A DNA stretch of 64,000 nucleotides, taken from Octopus bimaculoides. Its lineage: Eukaryota. Positions 37,665 to 49,539 of the stretch are shown here, in pieces (the stretch's first letter is position 1; each line of letters starts with the position of its first letter). The DNA lies in contig NC_068985.1 in assembly GCF_001194135.2 (NCBI RefSeq), positions 19,511,254 to 19,575,253 of the forward strand, written 5' to 3'. The notes under the pieces were generated by a model. It ran no database searches and had not been told where the DNA came from. It worked only from the letters and a program-made list of their open reading frames with translations. Made by a program: the position numbers and the translations under genes.

Positions 37665-38145
37665 TGTAAATGTGGTGTATACAGTGACTGAAAAACTGTA
37701 CACATAAATGACAGAGAATGTAATGTGGAATGTACAGTGACTGAAAAACTGTACATATAAGTGACAGAGTATGTAATGTGGAATCTACAGTCACTGAAAA
37801 ACTGTACACATAAGTGACAGAGAATGTAATGTGAAATGTACAGCAACTGAAAAACTGTATACATAAGTGACAGTGTGTGTAATGTGGAGTGTACAGGGAT
37901 TGAAACAGTATGCATGTGACAGAGTATATGGTACAGGAAGTGAAACTGTACACATAAGTATGCGTGTAATGTTGAGGATACAGGCACTGAAACTGTACAG
38001 ATATTTGATGGAGTTTGTAATATTGAGTGTACAGTGAGTGAAACTGTACACATAAGTGACAGGGTGTAATGTTGTATGTATAGGGGCTGAAACTGTACAC
38101 AAAGTATATATAGGTGACAATGTATAATGTCAAGTGCACTGTGAT
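37665..38145. repeat. 53-bp minisatellite, about 9 copies with a divergence gradient
   Basis: Unit TACAGTGACTGAAAAACTGTACACATAAGTGACAGAGAATGTAATGTGGAATG; starts at 37680, 37733, and so on. Confidence 0.95.
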
Positions 38146-40656
38146 AAAGGAATCCTTATAATGAAGCCAAAACAAATAAATCAAACTTAGGAAGCTTAAT
38201 GGTTGTGGGGAGGGGAAGTGAACAGATCAAATATCTTTGCTATTACATAAAAAAAACTAGCAAATGGTATATAATACTGCATGTTATTTGCCCAGCCTTC
38301 AACATTTCATTAACTATAATGAACAGAGTAACAGAGCCAAGTGATCTTTTCACATTTAGACATTTAGAGGTACAACATGAATATTAATTTCCAAGGCTGT
38401 CAAACACATGAAGAACCTATTTCAAAAGTGGAAACCAAAGAAATAAAAAAAAATACTTCATGTATTTGTTTGTTCTTTTCTTTTCTTTCAATAAATAAAC
38501 CACATATCCAGCTTCAGGTTAAAAACAAGGTTTCAGTTACAGACGTGGTGTGCCCAAGTGTGTATATTGAGATTGTGCTGTCAAAGTATACTGTCATTTA
38601 TTTTATAAAACAAATCCCTAAGACTTTTTTTTTATCAAAAGCCATGAAGTTGTAATGCTAAAATGTTATTCTCACTGGACAAATTTTTAAAAAAATCACA
38701 TCACCCTTGAATAACTAGCATTAAAGTCAGCTCTATATATATTTCGCAAGCCATTGTAGTAGAAAAAGAATCTAATTTGTGACAGATGTAAAATTAGATT
38801 GCTTTCTTACACTTTTATTTCTTCATCTTGCTCTTGTAACACTTAGTTAATTTGGAATTATATTCTCTAATTAAAATATGGTACAAATTATAGTAGTGTT
38901 GAAAAACAGTAGTTTTCTAATAAATAACCCACTTATTTTCATGTACAACTTTTCTTCCAACTTCACAAGATTATAAATAAGCAAGAAGGAACAAATTTTA
39001 CTTCAAGTTTCAATATGATGTGATGTTAGTTCTTATAAACATTTGTAACCCCAGCTTAGACATCTATTTTATAGAATTTTAAAAATTATTATATAAGCCT
39101 ACAAATCAAGTTATTTTTACAGACATACTTTAACTAACCTAAAGTTTTCTTATGCCTAAACACTGCTTGGTGCTGATACTGCTAAATTTCTCTCAACTTG
39201 TCCAATAGTGCTCAGTCAATGTTGTTGATTATGTTTCAGCTACAGCTATGACTTTAAATTTGCCCAGAGCTACCCAACTTCAGTATTTTACATTGATAAC
39301 AACTAAAGAGCTAGAAATGCTGTGTTTGGGAATCTGATAGAGGGCAACACTGGGCAGTGTTTTTACCATTAGAGAGAATTTTTATCTCTATGGCAACTGC
39401 AGTGAATTTGCCTTTAGAAGTTGAAATATGTCACAAAAATATTTTAACCTAAAGTTTGCTTTTAACAATCTTTATATCATACTTAAAGCATATTTACTGA
39501 TGAAAGTCTTCTAAACTGCATTATTTGTCTCAAGAAAGCATCTCTTATAAACATGTCATAGTCTCTTAAAAAGAAAAAACAAATATAACAGCAGGTGATG
39601 CCACAACTGGGCAATTTTCGCCTGTTGCTGTTATATTTCAGTGCACCATAACACTATATGTCTAAGAGATATTTTCTCAAGATGAATATCACAGTTTAGA
39701 AAGCTTTCAGCAATAAATACACTTTAAGTATGATATATAAATTTAAAGTAATACTGCTTCCGCTGCAAATAACAAATAAGTAATTTTTTTCTGTTTTGCA
39801 AAATATATTTTACATCAGTGATCGGAACTGAAATATGTCTCATTATTATGACAATGAATAATTTCTAAAATCAATTTTAAATTTAAAATTCAAAATAAAG
39901 TTTTGGCTTGAAAAAATTTTCTTTCCAAATGCTTTGATAAATTACTTTGACGATATTGTTTAAAACAAGTGACTAAACGAAGCAGAATTAACAAATTTAA
40001 TCAATCACCCACTGAAGAATGGAGTTGGGTCACCACTGAAAGATTTAATTTCATGTAACAAGTCAATCTAGCAGCACCCATTCTTCTCCAAAGATGTGCA
40101 TACAGTTAATTAACAGAGTGCATCAGAATGCATTTTTTTCTTTTTATTTTCTTAATTTTCTGAGGAATAAAGCTGAGAAAACTGGAATAAAACAGTAGTG
40201 AGTTCACACTGGATATTTGAGTTTTAACTGATAAAAAAGGAAAAAGAATTCAACCATAAAATCACTCTGCTTGGCCTCACCTTTACAATTANNNNNNNNN
40301 NNNNNNNNNNNNNNNNNNNNNNNNNNNNNNNNNNNNNNNNNNNNNNNNNNNNNNNNNNNNNNNNNNNNNNNNNNNNNNNNNNNNNNNNNNNNNNNNNNNN
40401 NNNNNNNNNNNNNNNNNNNNNNNNNNNNNNNNNNNNNNNNNNNNNNNNNNNNNNNNNNNNNNNNNNNNNNNNNNNNNNNNNNNNNNNNNNNNNNNNNNNN
40501 NNNNNNNNNNNNNNNNNNNNNNNNNNNNNNNNNNNNNNNNNNNNNNNNAATGGTACTAAAACAAAAAGAAAAAAAACCAAGAGTTTTAGGACAGATAATT
40601 AGAAACAAGAAATAGGATACTTAAGTGTTTCTAGATTCAAATGCCTAGTTTCTTAC

Positions 40657-40855
40657 CTTTCGGCTGTTGCGTGCTGATTGCCGATAACGGTGCCATCGAC
40701 ATCCTAAGGAGCCAGTTATGCAGAGAAGGCAATAATTGTGTTTGTAATATTGCAATCGCGTGTGAGTAACCATAGCAACAAGAATGAACAGACAGTAAAA
40801 GTAGTCAACAGAAGGAAATAGCAGATCCACCAACTCTATAAGCCATGTTTCTAGC
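40657..40855 (-). other. Probable exon of the minus-strand gene (5'UTR plus possible CDS start MSMAPLSAISTQQPK at 40702)
   Basis: Strong acceptor TTTCTTCTTTCTTTTTCAG, consensus donor AAG|GTAAGA, CpG-rich. ATG at 40702 has A at -3 and an upstream in-frame stop. Confidence 0.75.
40766..40779. promoter_or_regulatory. RFX X-box
   Basis: GTAACCATAGCAAC matches the X-box consensus GTNRCC-N(0-3)-RGYAAC with no mismatch. Confidence 0.6.
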
Positions 40856-41999
40856 CTGAAAAAGAAAGAAGAAATTCAGAAATTAGTCAATAATAGAAAT
40901 GGAACAATAATAATTTGATTCAAGAAATTAAAATACATTCATAAAATATGGTTTAAGTTGTAAACAATATGCTTTACAAAGGTTCGTTGTTTTGTTTGTT
41001 TATCTTTTACAACTGACACAAATTCTGTTGTTGGGATAGTACCAATATGCATATTTCATTCCCAAACATTGTAATACTAGACTAAGTAACAATAGTAACT
41101 CTGTCTATAGTTTTAAGGTTTGTCTTTTGCTAGCATTTGAGACTTTACTTAATGTCTTATCAATACCAATCCTTCACTAAAGCATGCCAAAAATACTGAA
41201 ACCACATACTACCACTGTCCTTGCTGCATTTTAACAATACTGGTTAAAGTGACATATGATAGATTTATCCAAATAAACAAAGTTCCATTGCAGCCCCTTC
41301 AAATACTCCTGCTCTATATAGCATATTGTCTCTTCATCCCTGCATTTTGGTTAATCACTGGCTCTCAAGTAAATTCTCTGACCTTTTGTCTGTGCCTGTA
41401 CCAACCTTATTTAGTACATCACTTACAAACCCAACACATTTCTATACATGGCTGACACCAATCAAGGTCATTATCTCAGTGATTGTTTCATTGATCACCC
41501 ACTCAATGTTTACAATAACCCTCAAGCATTCTCCAAACCTATGTCTAGATGTATCAGTTCACCAGTTTGTGGAGTTGCTTTACATTGTGGCTCACTCTAC
41601 ACCCACAAACACAAAGAGAAACACACTCATGTTTACATATGTACATATAAATGTATATATGTATAGAACAGCTACCACACAGTTTCTGTCTACCAAATTA
41701 ATACGTAAGGTATTGATCAGCCCCTAGCTACAGTGAAAGACACTTGCCTAAAATACCATGCAGTGGGACTGAACCCCAAACCATGTTGTTACAAAGTGAG
41801 ATTCTTAACCACACAGCCATATTCCTACTAGATATGTTCTAACTTATGTTGCAATGTTTCATCACTTTGATTCCAGGAAATACAGAACAATCCATGAGGC
41901 TACTGGTAGGCATCAATTTCATTTCAAATGTAAATTTGAAGACATGAGAGAAACCAGACTAAACAAGAATGCTACAGGATTTTTTTTTTCTTAATGATC

Positions 42000-42460
42000 T
42001 TTGTAAATCGTCTTGAAACAGATGAAATTATTACAGTTGATATTCAATTTAAATATATGTCAACAGATGTCTCTGATGAAAAGTTCGGGCAGGAAGAGAA
42101 TTCTAAAGAGTTGATGTTATGGGAGGAAGAATTACATCCAGTGTTTAGTACAAGGCTGGCAGAGTTATACAAACCACGGCTGATGAGAGGCGAGGATGCA
42201 GATATGTGAGAGGGGTTTGAGTGGGAGTTGTATGCAACTAACTGGCTAGTTCAATAAAGCAGGAGCTGTTGTAGCAGCAATAGAAGAGACAGATTGAGGA
42301 GATAGTGCACCTGTGGCCTATAATTTGAAGTATGTTGAAGAGTGAACATTCAGCAACCAATTGTATGGTTTTCTTTTGGATGCAACCTAAGATGTTTGTG
42401 TATATAACAGCATGCCTTTCAAGATGAAGGAGAAAATATTCCATTGTGGGCCTTACTCAA
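42000..42460 (+). mobile_element. Very decayed RTE-like LINE fragment
   Basis: QFKYMS (cf. FKYLGS) and downstream GVxC-like remnants; weak. Confidence 0.35.
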
Positions 42461-42757
42461 GCTTTTAAGAGAATCAGAAGTTCACTCAATCTGAAGTATA
42501 TCTTTATTAAAAGAATGAATTAATAAATTAATGTAATTGTTGAATATTTTTCAATAAATTCAGTAAGGGACTTTATCTTCAGTTGAAACTTTAAATAGTT
42601 TTGTGAACAGAACGTGACAGAAAATAACACCAAAAGGGATAAGATACTAAATGATAGCAAAATCCCCTTTAGAAATCTGTCTTTCAATCTTTGCGATAGA
42701 TGAATGAGTGATTATAATTTTGTAAATAATAAATACGAAATTAATAAGGTACTTCAC

Positions 42758-43030
42758 CTTCAATGTTGACTTGAAACGTCGTCTTCATGAAAAGAAAAGT
42801 GAATTGACTCAAAGTATTTAGCAGACGATAACTTCTTCACAAATGGAAAAAACGGAATACTTCGGTTATTTCCGGATAATTTCGGTTTAAACATTGTCGA
42901 ATACTTGTCTAGAAATTTGTGAGCGGGTGTATATGAGAGAGAGAGAGAGAGAGAGACAATGTGAAAGGGAGTGAGAGACAGAGAAAGAGACACGAGCGAG
43001 AGAGAAAGAATTTGAAAGCACGCGCGTGTA
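42758..43030 (-). promoter_or_regulatory. Putative first (non-coding) exon / TSS region of the minus-strand gene
   Basis: Abrupt CpG enrichment (CACGCGCGTG, many CG), a (GA)n tract and a donor AAG|GTGAAG at 42757, lying upstream of the 40855 acceptor. Confidence 0.55.
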
Positions 43031-43224
43031 TCTCTGAATGACAACAGTATTAATGTTACTATCCCACTGCCACTCCATATTTGTCGCTTACACAACTCTG
43101 TCCTCCCCTTCCCTGATATCAGTCACACTCTATGCCGATATGTTTCCCCTCACACTATTGCTCTTACACCTTTCTCATTTTATCAATGATAGCCCAACCT
43201 ACCACATTGATTTTATAATTCCTT

Positions 43225-43445
43225 TTTTTAAAAATTCTTTTACTTGTTTCAGTCACTTGATCGAACAAATCGATCCCAGAACTTATTCTTTGTAAGCCTA
43301 GTACTTATTGTATGGGTCTCTTGTGCTGAACCACTAAGTTACGGGGACGTAAAGACACCAACATCGGTTGTCAAGCGCCTACCAAATCCACTCACAAGGC
43401 TTTGGTTAGCCCAAGGTTATAGTACGAGACACTTGCCCAAGCTGT
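43225..43445 (-). mobile_element. Family-A SINE with two internal deletions, CpGs retained
   Basis: TACTTGTTTCAGTCA|CTTGATCGAACAAATCG...GTTGTCAAGCG|CCTACCAAATCCACTCACAAGG. Confidence 0.85.
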
Positions 43446-43489
43446 GATATAAGATATATATTAACACCCGCACGATCTTCACTACAGTG

Positions 43490-43582
43490 TTAGGGTTTTA
43501 GTGTCAGGGTTAGATTTTTAGGGTTACGGTTACGAACGGAATTCCCTAACGCAAACCTAAACCTAACCCTAACTCTAAACCC
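43490..43582. repeat. Degenerate head-to-head TTAGGG / CCCTAA telomere-like tracts
   Basis: TTAGGGTTTTAGTGTCAGGGTTAGATTTTTAGGGTTACGGTTAC, spacer GAACGGAATTC, then CCTAACGCAAACCTAAACCTAACCCTAACTCTAAACCC. Confidence 0.7.
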
Positions 43583-44448
43583 TTCAAAATAAATCACGCT
43601 CTCTGTGTCTTTCGCTGTTGTGACGTCGTTTCCCTGTTTCTCTCCAACACTTTTTACGGAAAAGGCCGATATTTAGGACTCGTACCTGGCTTTAAAAAAT
43701 AAAAGAATACTGGGGTCAGTTCATTCAACTAGTAACTCTTCAAGGGCAGTGCCCCAGCATGGTCACAGTCTCATGACTGAAACAAATAGGACAAAGGATA
43801 AATGGTAGGCTAAAATTCCCCATGGAATCCCCAAGCACTACCTTGCAGTAAGTATAGGCATGAAAGTTATTCGGTCAACACAACTATGACTAAAGTAACA
43901 AGAACGTGATATTGTCAAAAGCAAAAGATTATTCCGGAATCTAAACAAAGATATTAGTCATTGTTTGTTCTACCCAGTTGTTAATTTAATTGGGAAGGTA
44001 AAAGACAAGTTTAAGCANNNNNNNNNNNNNNNNNNNNNNNNNNNNNNNNNNNNNNNNNNNNNNNNNNNNNNNNNNNNNNNNNNNNNNNNNNNNNNNNNNN
44101 NNNNNNNNNNNNNNNNNNNNNNNNNNNNNNNNNNNNNNNNNNNNNNNNNNNNNNNNNNNNNNNNNNNNNNNNNNNNNNNNNNNNNNNNNNNNNNNNNNNN
44201 NNNNNNNNNNNNNNNNNNNNNNNNNNNNNNNNNNNNNNNNNNNNNNNNNNNNNNNNNNNNNNNNNNNNNNNNNNNNNNNNNNNNNNNNNNNNNNNNNNNN
44301 NNNNNNNNNNNNNNNNNNNNNNNNNNNNNNNNNNNNNNNNNNNNNNNNNNNNNNNNNNNNNNNNNNNNNNNNNNNNNNNNNNNNNNNNNNNNNNNNNNNN
44401 NNNNNNNNNNNNNNNNNNNNNNNNNNNNNNNNNNNNNNNNNNNNNNNN

Positions 44449-45260
44449 TACAATGTCTCCCCACCCCTCCCGAGTGCATAGCACGAAACAAGGAAAGATT
44501 GTAGAGAGCGCGGAAACAAGATGGCCGCCGAACCCAGAAAACATGGCTAAAATTATACAATGAAAAAACAAAAATTGTTTTGTTAAAAGAATGAATGACA
44601 AGCTCAATAAATTTGCAAAGCAATGCTGTGTCGGATGCAGTAACGGAAGCAAAACTTTTGCATCCGATACGAATGTGAGTAAGAAAAAAGTTCTGTTCAA
44701 CATGAAAAGTTCAGCCAGACCTAGAGATAAAGGGTCTGTGTGAAAGAAAGTTTCAACGAAGGTGTTGGCGTGAGCAAATGTGTATGCAAAAGTTGAAACA
44801 ATACGTAATGTGTACACATTTTCTTTTAGCACGTTATTGTGCACAGAAATGGAAGAAAAACAATGTTTGTTTGTACAGAGAAATGAAAATGCCGGCAGCA
44901 CAAAAATGTCAAATGTATATTGTTTTGGAAAGTTTCTTTGGCCAATGCACCATCCGGCCAGATCTAGTGACATAAGGGTCACTTGAGTTTTGTCGCAACG
45001 ACGAAGGTGGAGTGGTTTCTGGCGTGTGTGTTTGTGATGGTATTGATGTTGGTGTATGCATTGGTAAAGATGTTGACAGTGGTGTGTGCGGTGTTTGAAA
45101 AACAGGTACGTCGTCCGAGGGTTTGTCAAGGTACGCTTTTTCAGACGGTCGACAGACACAATCTCTGTACGACCATTAGCGTCGACCTTGAAGAAATTCA
45201 ACCCAAGACTGCAGGTTGGGCGAGGCCTACAGGAAGCGGTGCTGTTTCCTAGGGCTAAAT
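44449..45260 (-). mobile_element. Gypsy LTR retrotransposon 3' end: integrase C-terminus, 3' UTR, PPT; 3' LTR probably inside gap 44018-44448
   Basis: FFKVDANGRTEIVSVDRLKK and YVTRSGRMVHWPKKLSKTIYI* (stop about 44905) are typical Gypsy integrase tail motifs. PPT GGGAGGGGTGGGGAGA (about 44456-44471) is followed after 3 nt by TGTA at the gap edge. Confidence 0.85.
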
Positions 45261-45874
45261 AGCAGTAGTATTATTCCTTTCATGGGACTGTCACATTAAG
45301 TTGACAGCATACACCAACTTTATCGCATCAATACTGCATAAATCTCTGAGAAATTTAGAAATGTATTATTTCTATATATATAAAGTTTTCCAGAAATAAA
45401 TCATGGAAATTTGTGGGGGTTTTTTGGGTTTTTTTTTACCCTTTCTGCACATTGCATACGAGGAAAAAACTGATGTCTAATAGCTGCAGTTATTTTCATA
45501 TAAAATACAAATCTATGGCTAGACTAATCAGTAATTACTAACTCTTGAGAATTATTGACTATAAAATATTTCTTTATGTATGCATATAATTTTTGGTCAT
45601 TTCTTTATATAACAATATAAATGCATCATCATCATTGAACATCTTAAACAGCATGTAATCTCTTATTTCAATTTCGAGACATTTCATTTATGATATGCAG
45701 TAGTACTCTGAGAATCGTCTCCCTACTTCTTCAACACAATAATGTTTATTATATGTAAAGGATGTAATTTTGTAATCTTGAAGAAAGACACTGGTCTTTA
45801 ATGTAAAGTGTATTTCAATAACCTAAAAATGTAATATAAGTCAGTGACCTAGAGAGTAAGAGCATTATTTTATC

Positions 45875-46255
45875 TCTTTAACTTTTAGTTGTCTCAGTCC
45901 TTATACTAGAGCCATGCTGGGGCACTGCTTTGAAGAATTTTAATCAAATGAATCAACTTCAGTACTTTATTTTAAAGTCTGGTACTTATTCTGTTGGTCA
46001 CTTTTGCCAAACTGCTAAGTGACAGGGATGTAAACACACCAACACCAGTTGTCAAGTGATGGTGGTGGGAGAAACAGAGAAACAAACACACACATACATA
46101 CATACATACAATGGACTTCTACTTCCCGTCTACCAAATCCACTCACAAGGCTTTGGTCAGCCCAAGGCTATAGTAGAAGACACTTGTTCGAGGTGCCATG
46201 CAGTGAGACTGAACCCAGAACTATGTGGTTGAGGAAGCAATCTTCATACCACAAA
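45875..46255 (-). mobile_element. Family-A SINE
   Basis: GCCATGCTGGGGCACTGC...CCGTCTACCAAATCCACTCACAAGGCTTTGG...GAACCCAGAACTATGTGG. Confidence 0.9.
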
Positions 46256-46822
46256 CTATTCCATATGTAAACAAGTTAATTCAAAAATTGTGATTATATT
46301 AACAAATAACTCATCTGAGAAGTTTATACCTCCAATACTGCCATTAATTAACAATGGGCACAATACAAAAGCCTGGTAGCAATGCAAACAAACAGCTACT
46401 TTAGTATCTGCAATCCTAAATATACAAGGCATCAGTTTATCTATTAATGTGCAAAAATTAATGATTAGGGTTATATTGAGAGTTAAGTTGCTGAATAGTC
46501 ATATCCAATCCTTTTCTTCAGCCTAACTGTAACCCACCTCAACAATCACCACTTACACACTGAGGTTAGAGTCAAATATTTTACTATCACTCATGTGAAC
46601 TGTGCAGATCAAAGAAAGAAGTTGCTCTTTTTCATGATTTCCTTACTGCAGGTACACAGGACCTGTTTTCCAATAGCTACTGTGAATAAATATGTATAGA
46701 CAATAAGGCCAACGGCCCAACTATACTTGGACTCCAGGAGAGGTACATGAGATCACCTGAAGTAGTTCCCTTTTATTCCCAAAGGTGCCAAAACAAAAAC
46801 AAAATAATAATTAAAATTTAAA

Positions 46823-46941
46823 TACGATACAAACGAAAGAGGTGATATTTTTTCGAATACCAATACTGCAGTTAGAATAACAGAAATAATGAGTAAATTA
46901 ATAATGCATTCAAAAAAATATCACTTCTTGTTTGTATTGTA
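46823..46941. mobile_element. Small fold-back / MITE-like element
   Basis: Arms TACGATACAAACGAAAGAGGTGATATTTTTTCGAAT and ATTCAAAAAAATATCACTTCTTGTTTGTATTGTA around about 50 bp; TA termini. Confidence 0.6.
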
Positions 46942-47399
46942 CAATACACATTTTGATGTTTCTAATAAAAACAAATGTAAGTTTGTTTCTATTTATAAAA
47001 TTTAAATGTTTTATTGTGTCAATGCAACTCTGGAAATGTACGAATGACTTCAACTTTCTACTTGTGGATTGTTCTATCCTGAAACAATAAATTTACTCAA
47101 GGTGCCCAGAGTGGGACTGAAACTGAAACCACATGGCTGCAACCAAGCTTCTTAACCACACAGCTATGTCTCCACCATAAAAAGTATTAATGAAATAAAT
47201 TGTCAGCATATCCTCTTTGACATAACTTTTAGTACACAGGACACCATAATGAAAATAAATAAAATACAACTCAACAGTAGACCCCCACCCCTATAGGCTT
47301 CCCACAAGTACTCTGAACGAGTGTTAACTTGCAACACCTCAATCTACTCTTTGCAGGAAACCACTAGACATAGGACATATACCTGAACATGTTTGTGTC

Positions 47400-48060
47400 T
47401 CAGTCTGCCATATCAGTTTTCAAAAAAAGGAAGTATGTCACTCCTAGAGAATTATCACCTGCTCTCACTGAACTATCATCTCATTAAAGCTTTTCATAAG
47501 TTAGTAAGATTAAAAGTAATTGCCTTTCCAGAAAGTAACTGTCTCCTAAATCCCAACCAGCACGTTTTTTTTGTAATGGTAGAGAAATCCTAATACAACT
47601 TTAGCACCACCTTAATAACATTTCAAACATTTTAGGAGAAAACAGTTGTCATGCATATATCTTGACCTCAGTAAAGCTTTTGACAAAGTCAATTACAATA
47701 TTCTGCTGAAAGAAAACTACAACACTGAAGTTTATGGTAAACAGAACCTAGCATGTTATGATCAACAGAGTTTACTTAAGCCCAGCAAATGTCATAGTGG
47801 TGCTCCCCAGGGTACTGTATTAGGCCTACTTCTTTTTATTATTTACGTAAATAACTCCAAAAATGTCATCAAACAATAACATTTCTTATAATCTTTAAGC
47901 TCCAGAAAGTCAATATGCATCTGGACAGAACTCACTCTGTGATTCAATGGGGAGGGGAGGGGACATGCAGCTAAATGAAAAAATTTGAGCTCATCCTCTA
48001 TGGAAAATACAATGTACTTAAACAACCATACTCTTTTTCCTTGGGAGAGTTTCTCATAGC
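47400..48060 (+). mobile_element. CR1/L2-type LINE RT fragment
   Basis: FPESNCLLNPNQH...IYLDLSKAFDKVNYNILL...SGAPQGTVLGLLLFIIYVNN. Confidence 0.85.
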
Positions 48061-48607
48061 ATTAATTAATANNNNNNNNNNNNNNNNNNNNNNNNNNNNN
48101 NNNNNNNNNNNNNNNNNNNNNNNNNNNNNNNNNNNNNNNNNNNNNNNNNNNNNNNNNNNNNNNNNNNNNNNNNNNNNNNNNNNNNNNNNNNNNNNNNNNN
48201 NNNNNNNNNNNNNNNNNNNNNNNNNNNNNNNNNNNNNNNNNNNNNNNNNNNNNNNNNNNNNNNNNNNNNNNNNNNNNNNNNNNNNNNNNNNNNNNNNNNN
48301 NNNNNNNNNNNNNNNNNNNNNNNNNNNNNNNNNNNNNNNNNNNNNNNNNNNNNNNNNNNNNNNNNNNNNNNNNNNNNNNNNNNNNNNNNNNNNNNNNNNN
48401 NNNNNNNNNNNNNNNNNNNNNNNNNNNNNNNNNNNNNNNNNNNNNNNNNNNNNNNNNNNNNNNNNNNNNNNNNNNNNNNNNNNNNNNNNNNNNNNNNNNN
48501 NNNNNNNNNNNNNNNNNNNNNNNNNNNNNNNNNNNNNNNNNNNNNNNNNNNNNNNNNNNNNNNNNNNNNNNNNNNNNNNNNNNNNNNNNNNNNNNNNNNN
48601 NNNNNNN

Positions 48608-48800
48608 TTATCATCATCATTATTCAATGTCTGTTTTCCATGCTGGCATGGGTTGGACAGTTTGACCAGAGCTGTCAAGCAATAGAGCTGTACCAAATTC
48701 CAGTCTGATTTGGCTTGATTTCTAATGTCTGACACCCTCACTCATGCCAACCACATTACAGAGTGCACTGGATGATTTTTACATAGCACTGGCATCAGTC
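48608..48800 (-). mobile_element. Family-C SINE
   Basis: (TCA)n-TTCAATGTCTGTTTTCCATGCTGGCATGGGTTGGACAG...GCCAACCAC. Confidence 0.8.
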
Positions 48801-49539
48801 ATGCTTTATTCAACATTAAATTAAATAAGAAAAATATCCCTGCAACACTTAAACAATACCTGGGCAAATTTTACCAAGAAATATTAGACAAACCACTGAC
48901 ACCTGAATATACTTCAGCTAATAGCAACTCCCTACTTGAGTGGGCTATGAATGTTCCAAAACAAAGAATCCTGTAGCTGATATTATTAAGTTAGACATGG
49001 CCTGGTCTAATAATGGCCAAAACCTAACCATGCTATAAATTTCTTTATACTCACAAGATAAATTACAGAAAGGAATTTAATTTCTCCACATATTTTTTAC
49101 AAAAAAAACAGAAGATAACTGTCTTTAAATTTCCAATCTTCAAAACTGCCTGAAATCAATAAAAATCCAAGTAGCTCAAGAAATAAAGATAATAATTAAT
49201 GAATCTACTTTATCAAGAATTCTTGCTCAAATGGTTTTAACAATGATAAGAAAAAAATAAATAAATAAAAGATGTCTTAGAAATACCAGTTCATATAAAG
49301 CAAGGTTATAAGAATGCCTTTGAATGTTGATGCTCAGAGCCAATCTTGACCTAGCTATACACTGACTGTTCATTTTATCTCATTTTCTGGTAATCAATAA
49401 TTCAGAAACAAAACAAAACAAAAAAAATAGGATAAATCTAAGAATCTATTTTTGCTTTTTCAAAACTAGTGAAGCATATGTAAATGACACCAATCTATGG
49501 TTTGGTATCAGATATATATATTATGCACGTATATATGTG

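Noticed and set aside
37665-38145. CRISPR-like array
   Set aside because: Whole units repeat with no unique spacers, there are no cas genes, and the context is eukaryotic.
44011-45201. 396-aa minus ORF (about 250 aa gap-free)
   Set aside because: Only the first ~22 aa are Gypsy integrase. The true pol end (TRSGR...WPKKL*) is in another frame, and the remainder is UTR without recognisable protein features.
46651-46770. Plus-strand exon after strong acceptor CTTACTGCAG
   Set aside because: Stops in all three frames before any good donor.
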